The notes beneath the pieces were generated by a model. That model was not told where the DNA came from and did not search any database. It saw nothing but the letters and a program-made list of their open reading frames with translations. Shown one piece after another: positions 40,042 to 64,000 of a stretch of DNA of 64,000 nt. This stretch comes from Chrysomallon squamiferum (Eukaryota; Animalia; Mollusca). The stretch is taken from contig CM022673.1 in the NCBI GenBank assembly GCA_012295275.1, positions 21,638,001-21,702,000 of the forward strand, given 5' to 3'. Numbering within the stretch: the stretch's first letter is position 1; the number at the start of each line of letters is the position of its first letter. Position numbers and translations under genes: made by a program.

Positions 40042-40449
40042 TTAAAAAAAAATTAAATAAAAAATTGCTGTAGTGAAAGAAACACGGTGATGATTTATTT
40101 ACAGTAGCAACCTTGTTACGACCTTGATGTTACCGGCCTGCAAAGAATATATAATATAGAACGGCTAAACACTTAAGGCGCTACGTCTCAGTATCGATCA
40201 TTTGTCATCATAAAGAAATTTATCAGTTTGAGTTTGCACTTATTTTTACGACAACAATAGCTGAATAGTCACAAACTAAATTAAAACAGCTATGGATATT
40301 AAATTATTGTATTCGTTAATCAGATGATCTTGGAATTAATCAATACAAGACTAAAAAAACAAATAGAAATATATTAACACAAACTTCCTTAAACGGAATT
40401 TGACATCGAAACTGGTCGTAATGGTTATCTGTATTCACATACGAATTTC

Positions 40450-40500
40450 AGAAGGGCGGTGCTCTCCTGATTCGCACATTCCCTATTGTTTCCGATTGGT
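40450..40500 (-). promoter_or_regulatory. Putative ceramide synthase promoter (CCAAT and GC box)
   Basis: GGGCGG at 40454-40459 and ATTGG (CCAAT on minus) at 40495-40499 in a CpG-retaining patch about 750 bp upstream of the ATG. Confidence 0.4.
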
Positions 40501-40664
40501 ATATATATATATATATATATACGCTTAATGCCAGAATCGAAAATTAGCGGTAACTAAATTAAAACATCGCGAATTTAATTTAATGGTTTTGATTAATAAA
40601 ATGTTCTCTACTTCAAGCAGGAGAATATATCTATATTTGTTTTCTTTCTTTCTGAATGCTAACC

Positions 40665-40665
<1 letters not shown>

Positions 40666-40728
<63 letters not shown>
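40666..40728. repeat. (CT)n microsatellite upstream of the ceramide synthase promoter
   Basis: About 30 perfect CT units. Confidence 0.95.
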
Positions 40729-40732
<4 letters not shown>

Positions 40733-40765
40733 GTTTATAATATTTAGTGCATATTTTTCTTTTTA

Positions 40766-40804
<39 letters not shown>

Positions 40805-42421
40805 AGAATTATTTATGATTGAAGTATCAATTTGTGTGCAGGAATGTCAATATCAATATCAGTATTCGTGCAGGGCTGTATCTAGATAGTAAAATGTTTA
40901 TGTGAGTGACAAGAGAAAATCGGTCCTTGTCGTCGAACCTTATAATATATAGTTTGCTTTTTAAAATCAATATTACGTATTTTCCTTTCTTTAACAGGAT
41001 AATATATAACATCCTTTGCGACAAACTGAAATAAGAATAGCTTGTCGAACGATCCTTTATCACATATTTATTTACAAAGCCATACTGCTTTATTTTACAA
41101 TTTTGAGTACTTCCTTAGATAAGACATTTATTTTCTTATCGAAAGCTTGAAATAACAATTATTTAACATGATACCAAACATATTTAACTAAAACAGAAAT
41201 AATTCGGTATTATAACATCTTAAGTTTCATTATCATTGGTGGAAATATATATAAGATCCAAAGAAAATGAAATGGAAATTGGCTTTATAAAATTACCGCC
41301 CGCTCACAAAACAACAACAATATCAAAAATAAATAAATAAATAAATACTTTCTAATGTCAGCTCTTGTATAGTCAACATGTCTGGAAAATTTTAGCTACT
41401 ACGTTTTCCGTATTAATCTGATCATGATACATTCAAACCATGTTATTTTTGATAAAAAAAAGAAGAAAGTTTAGAATTAAAGCATATTGTTCATGTATTT
41501 TAACAGCAAATTTATTTATTGTTTATTTATTTATTTATTTATTCGTATTTATTCGAAAAAAAGATAATAAACTTCAAATAATCGGCACTGCCCGAAACTG
41601 AAAAAGTGAGGTTCATTCTTCTTGATTTGTTTGTCACGTACGAGCGGATGTTTGAAGTTATTCTCATTATCATGTACAGTTTTCTTGACCGAACAGCACA
41701 TCTTTCATTCTCTGAACCTGTCTACAATTGTTGGCTTTTCTAAACGATAAACAGTCATAATGGATGAAACAGACCTTAAAGATTTAAATGTCATTTGCAT
41801 GTATATTTGATTGTAATCAGCTGTCCACAACCGTCCACAATTTGATTAGCATTATGTAGGGTAGAACAGGGTAGCCCATTATAATCAAGACATTCGATAT
41901 CGCCTTCCACTGAAGCCAGGGTCGGCTGAAAGTGGATGAAAATTCTCGAGGTTCAACCAGAATACAAAACATATAAATATATTTGACACTGGGTTGGGCA
42001 AGACGCTTACGAATCTTGGGCAGAGAGCACCGATTTACAAATGTTAAAAAATAGATATAAAATCACCACCTGAACCACAAACAGAAATGAATTGGATTAT
42101 AGCTCTGTATTTCCGTCCATTTATCTATCTGTCTGTCTTTATCTACCTATCTAAAATATCTGTCTATTCATCAGTCTATCTATCTATTGTGTATCTGTTA
42201 TTTAACTTTTTATTTGCTTCTCTGAGGAGAGATCTCTGATTATATGAGGATAAACATCCCACCCCCCACTGTATTCTATATTTTAAAGATTATTTTCTGT
42301 TGTTGATTTTGGAGAAGATCAGCAGTATTAAATAAATATTAAAAAAAAACAACGAATGATTGATATTTAATTTTTTGCTGTTTTTGTTTGTTAGTTGTTT
42401 TGTTTTTTCCACTTTTTTCCC

Positions 42422-42487
<66 letters not shown>

Positions 42488-43430
42488 TTATTAATTAATT
42501 AATTAATTAATTTATTATTATTATTTTTTAATTGTCTGGCATTTTTGGGTGTGTGGTTTTTTTTAACTGTTATTTGTCAGTCTTAGACTATGTTTCTAAT
42601 TTAATACTCGATACCAACTTTGGTTTACAGCAAGCGATCTTTGACAGAAAAACAAATTCAACAACATTCTGATAAACAGTTGTTAGAACTTGATGTGCAG
42701 ATAAACAGTTCAGAGAGCGGATTACAGATGTTTAAATTCGGCAATGTATCCGATCAATTCTGAAGTACGGCCACCTCTGAAAAACTTATATTTTTGTATT
42801 AGTCGTTTATTTACTTTAAGCCTTTATGGTATATAATATTTATAGGTATTTATATAAATAATAATAAATAAGATATACATCATGACGAGAGAGGCAGTAT
42901 AACATGTTTTGCGTCATGCGTTGTACAAACATCTTTGACAAAAATACTAAATGCACTACCAAGAAGTTTTATAATCACTTTATGAGCTTTCATTTGACAT
43001 TCAAGACATGGTTTTAACACGTACCGGACTGATGAATTTGTTAACTATATATACGTGCTTCACTGACAGAAACAAACGACACTTTTACAGGTGTCACATC
43101 CAATATCTGGGAAAATACTGTCTATTAATAAAAAGCAGATGTCACGGGTCATAAAACAACTAAAGGCTCCGACTTACAGTGGTGACATCTGGCGCGTAAC
43201 CATCCATTCACTCTCCTCAATACTGATTATAATTATTTCGCTCAGTGACAATACTGATTATGGTTTTATGTCCGCATTAACAGCGTTTGTCAGCCGTGAT
43301 ACATATATATTTACATTTATATAAAAGAACGAAACTAAATTGGGCTATCAACAATAGCATTGTGATGGTTTGAACGTTTAACCATTTAGCTGATTTTGAT
43401 GTAAGAACGAACTAAACCAAGGTGAAAGTG

Positions 43431-43466
<36 letters not shown>

Positions 43467-43861
43467 GTAATAATAATAATAATAATAAAAATAAAACATA
43501 AAGCTATTCTTAAACTAACAGTATAACTGGCAGCCTTGAACCAGTGTCTAGATAAAACATTTATTTTCTATCTACCTATTTAAAATATCTATCTATTCAT
43601 CAGTCTATCTATTGTCTTATAATTTCAAGATTATTTATTCATTTACAATTAAATAAAGGAGTGTTAGCAGCCTATTAGTTTTCTTCTAAAAATCTAGATT
43701 TATTCCTTATTTGATATCTATGAAATAAATGAAAAACGCACTTCACTAACAACTGATTATTTAAACTTCAACTCAAATTTATGCTATTGTTTATCAGCTA
43801 TCAGTAACAGGTTCATTGTGTAACCAGATGCCACATCTCCAGGTGCTGCTATTATGAATTA

Positions 43862-44167
43862 CAGGTCGAGGATCCCGTACCAGAAAATCTCCAAACTAGG
43901 AAACAATATCTGAGCGGCAGAAATAATAATATAATACATGTTTTTGCATGCATATATACACCATATTTTATGCTCAAAATTATTAAAACTATTATCTAAA
44001 AAGCTCCAGCAGACTATTGTGTAAGCTTTATATGAAAAATAAATGGAATTCATATTTAGACGTAGATTCTATTCTCATGCTATCTCCTTATATTCTAAAA
44101 TCTGAAATATTCTGAAATCCAAAACACTTCTAGTACAAAGCATTTCGGATAAAGGATTCTCAGCCTA
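43862..44167. mobile_element. Tigger4(Zombi)/MER46-like MITE, copy B
   Basis: TA-CAGGTCGAGGATCCCGTACC ... AAAACACTTCTAGTACAAAGCATTTCGGATAAAGGATTCTCAGCCTA-TA. Homologous to copy A. Confidence 0.8.
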
Positions 44168-45296
44168 TATCAGCAAACAATCTTTTACATGCATTTAGAC
44201 AGATAAACAATTTCCCGCCTTTGATAAAGCAGCCAGCAGCACTGCTCGGAACATGAAACTCTGACATCTGACCAAATTTTATTTATACTTTTATTAATAA
44301 ATCAATTGTACGATTAGGTTAATTCATAAGAGGGAATTAAATGACTTTCCCAACATTCATTCACCTGGCAGAAAATATGAAAAATAACATCGATTTTGCA
44401 TTGTTTGAAGATTCATTGTGGAGAAAACACTGACCACTGACCAAGCAAATCTTATTTCTGTGACTCAGTATAGTAATAAATTAGCGGTTGTTATGTTAAA
44501 CTTCAGATATATGTGAAGAAACTACTGTCGTTATTCTTTTGGCTGCTCCTATCAAATGTGCACCAAAAGATTTAATCTATCATGGAAGAATGATATAAAT
44601 GACAGGCAAAGATTCAGATTTTATGAATTTTATTTTTTGAAAATTAATCACATTATGATTTGAATGACGTGTCATTTCAATATATTTTTTTTTAAGACGA
44701 ACAAACACTGTAAAACTATTTCAATCTTATTTCATTTTGTATAATAATTTTCAAATATATTTTTAATCATCAATTCTTCAATACTCATATGTCAGTTATG
44801 GATGAATCGTTAATGTTACAATGATTAAAAACAGTTGATATTAATAACACTTCACTTATTATTATTATTTATTTTTATCTCACGTGATTATTAAATAAAT
44901 ATGTTACAAAATGGTGTTTGCTGGAACTGTTTAATATGCAGGTCAGAACTTATGTATTTTGTAACCACTGCTGTCTCTGACATCTGATACAAAATGCACA
45001 TTGATGACTGTCCAGTACTATAATCATATTTCAATAATAATAAACATAATAGGCAGTTGCTCCAGTCATATTTTTTTCCTGTAGAATCAGAGATGTATTT
45101 CTTGTTTATCTTTTTCCACAAACAGTTCCTACTGATGATGGTATTTTATTTACCAGCCAATCTTATCTGGTGCTGTACAAAACGTGTGGTGCAGTTACAT
45201 CATCAATGAAGAAAAGGTTGAACCAGGAGCAGATGAGTCTTAGAGAAGTGTATTAATAATTGTGTATTTATAAAATTAATATAAACAAAGAATTTA

Positions 45297-57011
<11,715 letters not shown>

Positions 57012-58284
57012 AATGTGACAGCTCTATTATCTATAAAAGTACAACGTACATCTTGCTACGGCAAAATGTAGAACTCTTTTTTCGTCGTGAAGATACTAAA
57101 ATAATACAATTAAAAAAATTAGGTGTCAAGTATTATGTGTAAAGAACCATAAATATCTTACAATAGTATTAATAACTAAAACATTAAAAAGCCGTTCCGC
57201 AAAGTTTCAAATCATTTGCTCAGTAAGTTTTATTACTTTCAATTATATCATCATTTAGTTGTCATTGATCAAATACGTTATACAGCACATATCTGTTTTA
57301 AAGTTTCATTTGTTTAATGCAAAATGGTCGCTGAAACAATCAAATAAAAATGAATACTGAAAAACAACACATATAAATGTATATTTTATACCTTAATTTC
57401 AGGTTGATTTATAAAATACACTACATTAATTCCACTTGTTACTCTTACTAAAATGTTCTGTTTAATAATAAATTAAATTTTGGTATTATTAGTTTGTTTT
57501 CGGTTCTTTCGTTGTTCTGTAACATCAAATCCATATGGCAGTCGTGTCTTCCTTTTAACGACAATAACTTATTAAATATAATATTTAATAATGTGTGTTA
57601 TAATGGTTATAAATATTAATTGCTACAATAACACCTGCCACTACTATTACTGGAGTTTCATGTTCAAAAATTATATATATTGCAGCAATCTCCTTTAAGT
57701 CTAGGCTGTGTGTGTGTTTTGACTTTTTCTTCAATTTATTAAGGTTTATTCAATTATATAACTATAAGCAAGGTAATTAAGAAATTGACTATGAAGAGAG
57801 TTGTATTAAGAAGGAAGCTGATGTACCAGATAATCAAAAATTAGGAGATAACAAGAAGTTTTATTACATATGATATCAAATATTATGAATACGATTATCA
57901 TTATGATTATCATTAAATGATTAACTGATTCAGCATTTAATCAATGAATCATGTTCTTTTGCCTTTGCGCCTTGGTTAAAAGAATCTAAATATAAGGTGC
58001 AGCAACTACAACAATAAAGCTGAATAGAAATTATTTTATAGTCACACGTGTATTATTGTATAACAGTTCATATTTGTATATGTATATCACTGTACAGTGT
58101 ATGTGTTTGTGTATATATGTATATGTATACTATGTATCTATCTACCTATCTATCCGGCTATTTTAATAAAGTAACTTTTTTTTAATTATTATATTATTAA
58201 AAATCAAGTAAAACATTTTTTTAAATTTTTTTTTTTTTTTTTTTTTAATGTACTAATATATTTTTTTTTAAAAGCAGTTTTAAA
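57012..58284. promoter_or_regulatory. Divergent (bidirectional) promoter region of ERCC3 and the PACT/TRBP-like gene, including a probable non-coding first exon of the latter
   Basis: Start codons are 1.27 kb apart head-to-head. CpG-retaining patches at about 57030-57340 and 57500-57560, donor AAG|GTAATT at 57772/3, acceptor aaagcag at 58277. Confidence 0.65.
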
Positions 58285-61265
58285 ATGGCTGTTCCAGCAG
58301 GAAAAACACCTATCAGCTATCTGCAGGAATTGTCCACTAAACGAGGAATAACACCACAGTATGATTTAATAGCTAATGAAGGAGCAGTACACGAACCCAC
58401 CTTTTTGATGAGAGTCACAGTTGGAGATGTGTCAGCAACAGGCAAAGGTTAAAAAACTTTTAAAACACCAAAGTAAATTGTATTTTTCCAAAATGTGTAA
58501 CAGAACGACATTTTACACTTTTAGAAGAAAAATATTACTAATAATAAATGCTGTAGTTCTCGGAAGGACTGTTGATTTGTCTACTTTATTTACATTTTCA
58601 AGCATGTGAAACTATTTTACAATTACAGGTTAATTGAGATAAACAAGTCTTTTTTCACTATTATACATTGTATCATTTTGATTTAATGTTTCTGACATCA
58701 GTGAAAAAAAAATATTAATCATATAATTATAATAAATATATTTAGATTTCATTCATAATTGTATAATAAGTAAACAATACTGTTTAAAATAATTTCAATT
58801 TAAAATATTTGTTTTCTAGGATCAAGTAAGAAGAAGGCGAAACATGCAGCAGCCCAGACAGCATTAAATCAAATACTTGGCATAGCTAATGGAGATGTCA
58901 AACAAAATAATGCAGAGTAGGTTTTACAGTTAAATCGCTCATATAATTATGCCTTTAGGAAGTATTTTTAGTTTGTTTTTCAGTTAAAATTTGTTATTAT
59001 CTTTTCTGAAAATAATTCAACTGTTAATAAAGCATTGTTTAGGAGTATTTAAAGTTGGAGAATATATTTTTGCTTTGTTGATCTGAAACATGAAAGTGTA
59101 GTTATTATAAAAACATTTTTTTTCTTGACTGAAGGCCAACTGAGGCAGGAGAAAACGGGTTGCCAGGCAATCCCATTGGGGAATTACAAGAATTTACTCA
59201 GAAAAAACTGATGAAGCCTCCTATATATGAGTTTGTTACTGAGCAAGGACCTCCACATGCCAAAGAATTCATATGTAATGTCAAGCTTGGGAAGTTTCAT
59301 GAAAGAGGTATAGCTAATAATAGCCTCAAAATCATAGTATGTTTTTTTTTTCCTTAATTCAAAACAGAACTGTATGTGTGAATTGTTCTAAATTTATTTT
59401 ATATATAAATACTTGTTTATATGTTTTAAAAATAATAATACTTCTTTTTTTCTCAATAACTGAAAAGGTAAATACAGGATAGTGATTATTTTATTATTAT
59501 ATGTTTGTACCAGCACTGTTCTTTTGTTATTATTATATGTTTGTACCAGCACTGTTCTTTTGTTATTATTATATGTTTGTACCAGCACTGTTCTTTGTTA
59601 TTATTTCTTTGTACCAGGACTGTTATTTTGTTTTATATGTTTGTACCAGTTAATAGTTAATTCATTTCCTCCAAATATATTTTCAGTATTTTTAATAGTA
59701 ATGAAATTGATAATATATGAAAGACAAATGTATTTGTAATTTAAGGTACTGGTCGATCAAAGAAAACAGCTAAAAGAAATGCTGCCAGTAACATGATGCA
59801 GCACATCAAGAATCTGACTAACAATGCAGAGAAAGAAGCCAAATTAGAAGAATCTGATGAAGAAGATGAAATTCCCTTGGTACACTAAATGTTATTGCTA
59901 TACATATACATTAACATGCAGGCATGTACACATTTATACCAATAAATCACTTTTATAGATTTATTTAATGCACCACTCTATACCGTGCTTTAGCTATTAA
60001 AGACAAACATTTTTATTTTCATCTATTTGAAGATTCTAAATTGCATTTTCCATAAGCAGACTTATTAACTAAGATGTCATTAAGAAAACAGAAATAACTT
60101 GTATGCTAACAGGAGAAAAAAATTCAAACATCCTGCTCCCAAAAACAACAGCCCTAAATTTCAAATCATCAGCAAAAAATCAGATAACAATAACCAGACA
60201 AAGACTGAATTCAGATATAAAATATTTCAGTCATTTGAACCAAAGGCATCCTACACAGCATTAAAACAGGGAAAGCAGAGGCTGACAATAACATCTCCAC
60301 ACCAGGCTGTTGAGATCAAAGCTTTTTATGACAAAATCATCAAAGCAAGTGGAAAAGTACAGAGCCAGAGCCAGGCTCCAGCCACAAACTTCTGTCAGAT
60401 GCTTCAAGAGATTGCTGAAATCCAGCGCTTTGAAGTTCATTATTTTGATATTAAAGAACTGAGTGGGTCAGGTAAGGCTTTTAGACTTTCCTATTTTCAT
60501 ACTTAGAAGAATGAATTAGAGAAAATTAAAACAAAGAAATGTCTTGTCTTACTTAGTTTTGTAGGTGAAGATTGTTGTTTTAACCCTTTGAACCTTAGCA
60601 GTTACAGTTTTCACCAAAAAAAGATTAAAGAAAAGGACATAGCAGTTTACATTTTTACCATTGTGTGTATGTATTAATGCCAGTCAGCTTTTAGAAACTG
60701 ATAACAGATATTATGTTGGCTTGGTGAGGGAAGGGGTATGGGTATATGTGTTAAAGGGTTAAACTAATGAAAATAAATAAAAATCACATTAGAAATACTT
60801 AGCTCACTTCAAGTTTTAAGTTATGATAATAAGGAATTCAGTTTTAAGGAATGTATTAAATCAAGGAATTACAATTCTAATCTGAGTTAAACCTAAATCG
60901 TTTGATTTTAAACAAACAAGCAAAAGAAAACAGGGTAAAAAACAAAGAATGACAATTGTAATGATAACAAAAAAAAAAAATCTTGATAAAATACAGACAG
61001 AACCTCTTCTTATTACTATTATCTCCATCCAAATATTTTATTATTTAATTATTTACTATGGTGGTATGTTATTACTTATTTATTGTTGTTAATAGTAAAA
61101 TGATTATTTTGTTGTTGTTTTATATCAGGTGAGCATCAATGTTTGGTTCAGCTTACTACAATGCCAATAGCTGTCTGTCATGGCCAGGGACCCACACTTG
61201 ACAATGCTCATGGCAATGCAGCGCACAATGCACTGCAGTATTTGAAAATAATGACCAAGTCATAA
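58285..61265 (+). CDS. PRKRA: Three-dsRBD Dicer partner, PACT/TRBP/Loquacious ortholog, 314 aa
   Basis: Exons 58285-58447, 58820-58916, 59135-59307, 59746-59879, 60231-60471, 61129-61265, total 945 nt. dsRBD1 GKTPISYLQE..GAVHEPTF..GSSKKKAKHAAA, dsRBD2 NPIGELQE..GPPHAKEF..GRSKKTAKRNAA, dsRBD3 QCLVQLTTMPIAVCHGQG..AAHNALQYLKIM. Invertebrate co-ortholog of PRKRA and TARBP2. Confidence 0.95.
59490..59650. repeat. Intronic minisatellite, 36-bp unit, about 3 intact plus decayed copies
   Basis: TTATTATTATATGTTTGTACCAGCACTGTTCTTTTG repeated. Explains ORFs 59394-59588 and 59482-59739. Confidence 0.9.
60584..60758. mobile_element. piggyBac-like MITE
   Basis: TTAA-CCCTTTGAAC ... GTTAAAGGG-TTAA: TTAA duplication at 60580-60583 and 60759-60762 with CCCTTT/AAAGGG termini. 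Confidence 0.65.
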
Positions 61266-63714
61266 CCTTGCTGCCCAGGAAATGTCATAGCCTCACTTTA
61301 TTCAAATAGTTTTGGGAGACATTGAAATGTATTAGTTTTAGTAAGAATGAATAACCTTTCCTCATGAAAAAGAAGAAAAAAAAAAAAAATTTTGTTGTGT
61401 GCTTTTGGAGGTATACAAATCATAACATTGTCTGCATTCCTCAACTTTTTGCAAAGTTGTGTGTTTTTCTTGTTCAGTATTTTTATCTTGTTTAGGTCAT
61501 CCATGCACAAATCCTGATTATATATCTCATTGTAAACTGCAGGCCTCTTTCAAAACACATTTTATTTTAATTTTTCATGTTCTTAAAAGTTGGGTGGGGA
61601 ACTAAGATGCAGTTAAGATAATTATTACATGAATGTCGTAATAATAAAAAAAAATTTCCAATATTTTATTATCTTAGAGGTATCTGTTCAGAGAATGTAA
61701 TTACTGGTAAATGGAATAAAAATATAAAGGGTAGAGGAATTTAAATATTTCCATGATAAAATAATTTGGTGTTTAGAAAGAGTGTTAATTAAGTTTGTCA
61801 TAGTGTAAAGCAGGATCTGTTCATGGTAGCTGTAAGTGACAGTGTGTTTTCTAAAAAGATTTGTACAGCTTTTACAAAATACTGTGTTTTATATATTTAT
61901 ATATATAGCAATACTTAGTGTTGTGAACTGTCGATCTTTTATACAGATAGTCTTCTTTGGCAGAGACACTTACTCACAGTTTTATTATGTCATTAAAAGA
62001 ATTCATAAACATTGCTTAATGAACAATTCAAATTGTAGCATTCATTTATGACTTGACCTGCATTAAATCATTCTCTTTTATTTAAAATTCAATTGAATAT
62101 TACTACAATATTATGCCAACCTGTTAATAAAAGTATATTCTCTTTAACTAATAAATCTTGATTAGTTCTTATAAACGTAATTTTCGTACAAATATCTTGG
62201 CATTTAATAATAATAAAAAAATAATAAGAATTAAAATTACACCCCCAAAACTAGTAAACAGCTGAATATTTTAATGTTGCATTTTTATTGAAGGCAGCAA
62301 GTTGCTCTGTAAGGCAGCTACAGTCAAACAAGATAAAATATCCAACAAAAATAACAAATAAAGAGCAAACGTGTTCTTCATTTCAGGCATAATAATAAAA
62401 AGAAAAATATCCCTATTTAAAAAATGTTCTTCTTTTGTTTTAAAAGGAGGATTTTAAAATGTATTATTTACTTTTGTTAAATTTGTTAAATATTAAAATT
62501 TTGTTTCTATTTTTCAGAAATGAAATTATTTAAAAAACTTATGTTATTTTTATGATTATGGATTTTTAAAAATTTTTGTTTACAACTGCTCTTAAATATT
62601 TCTTTGATCAGGCACCTCTGTTGTCTGACTTTTTTTTGATTATTTTTTTTTTGACAGAAACATATATTGGTTTAAATGTATTGATCTGTTATTTTCATTT
62701 TTTGACCTATTTTCTAAATCTTTTGATAATTTTTACACATTTTGTTCAGATATTTGGTTTTTCTTCATGCATTTTTATATGCTATGGAATGACACCTAAT
62801 GAATTCATTAATTTATATCAGACTGCATAAAGAAATAACTAAATATTATTGAAAGAATATATTGGTATATAGGCCTGTTTGGCTTACTATTAGAAATTAA
62901 TGTTTTTTATAGTGTGCAAAATAATGAAAATACTAGAACATATTAATCTGTTAAAATATGGTTTCTTATTACTAGTCATTCTTTATGTGTTGTGAAATCA
63001 GTAGTAAGGAAAGTAAAAATTAGAAACAAAAAGATTATAGTTAAAATTCATGTTAATATTTAACAATGTAACATCAAATAATCTCATTATTAGTATAGAT
63101 TTAACAACTGAAATATTTGCATTCAGCTGTCATTTTGTCACATGTAATATATTGTCATTGCTTTCATTTTAAATCTCTAATCTGATTGTGTTATTTTGTA
63201 TTACACTAACCACTGCCATTGTGTTAAGTAGTTAGCAACATGAATGTTTAAATTATTTTTATTATTATACCATACTAAACATGGTATGGAATAGAAGGCA
63301 ACATGAGTTTTAATCTATGTCTGTTATTTTGTACTATTGTGTTATGTACATAATTAGAGTTGGGTTTTTAATTTAAAAACAAGTGTTTTTTTCATGTTTT
63401 GTTAAACATATAATGTTTCCTTTAGTAATGAATAATAGAATGAAATTTTGTGTTCAGTTCATTAGTACAGATTGCATGTCAGAATATGTGTCTCAAGATC
63501 ATAACTGCACATGAATGTGTCTGTGTGTTTGAGTATGTGTGTGTGTATGGGTGTGTGAGTGTGTGGATTTGTGTATATGTGTGTGTGTCTGTGTGTTTGA
63601 GTATGTAATGGGAGCATGCATGTGTTTATGGATGTATGTATGTTTGAGTGTGTGATAGAGATTTCATGTTTTTAATTATCTTATTACTATTGATTGTTGA
63701 TTGATTGGCTGATT

Positions 63715-63725
63715 GGATGATGATG

Positions 63726-63767
<42 letters not shown>

Positions 63768-63782
63768 GTTATTGTTGTTGTT
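63715..63782. repeat. Compound (TGA)n(TTA)n(TTG)n microsatellite
   Basis: Direct reading. Confidence 0.9.
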
Positions 63783-64000
63783 AATATAATATACATTATT
63801 ATTTTCCTGTTCATTTAGACTTTTAAAATGCTATATCATTGATTTTTAAAAGATTTCTTTGTCTTTAATTTTTGTTGATGCATTTGAAATGAGCATCATT
63901 AATTTTGTTTATCATTTTCAGAAGCACACAGTATGTTGTTTTTATGATTATTATATATGTCAGTTGTTTGGTCTGGAGAACATCAGATAACATTATCATA

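Noticed and set aside
43020-43100. CTGATGA...GAAA resembling a hammerhead ribozyme core
   Set aside because: Stem II pairing would consume the GAAA, and no stem III follows directly; the topology does not fit.
60099-60230. In-frame N-terminal extension of PACT/TRBP exon 5 in the ORF track
   Set aside because: The strongest phase-compatible acceptor is tttcag at 60230; the upstream open frame is A-rich intron with no strong in-frame acceptor.

Overview
AT-rich, intron-dense animal genomic DNA, not prokaryotic. It is probably lophotrochozoan or molluscan, which is an inference from protein similarity and repeat content. Most short ORFs in the supplied track are microsatellite or minisatellite artefacts. 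Reading splice sites by hand gives five complete, frame-consistent multi-exon genes: (1) an Na+-coupled SLC4 bicarbonate transporter (+, 1478-16219, 20 coding exons, about 1068 aa); (2) RPL27 (+, 20978-24783, 136 aa, with an upstream TCT/TOP non-coding exon); (3) a homeodomain-containing ceramide synthase (-, 39733-32100, 385 aa); (4) ERCC3/XPB (-, 57011-45297, 21 exons, 789 aa); (5) a three-dsRBD PACT/TRBP/Loquacious protein (+, 58285-61265, 314 aa), head-to-head with XPB. The window also holds several Tc1/mariner-Tigger-type MITEs, a piggyBac-like MITE, a SINE-like fragment, three minisatellites and many microsatellites. I found no clearly novel multi-gene system. The best leads are a DEVH-to-DEVQ change in XPB helicase motif II, a Met/Thr-rich insertion in the SLC4 extracellular loop, two candidate frame-preserving microexons in SLC4 intron 1, a possible Loqs-PD-like truncated PACT/TRBP isoform, MITEs resembling mammalian Tigger4/MER46, and a CpG-rich versus CpG-depleted mosaic.
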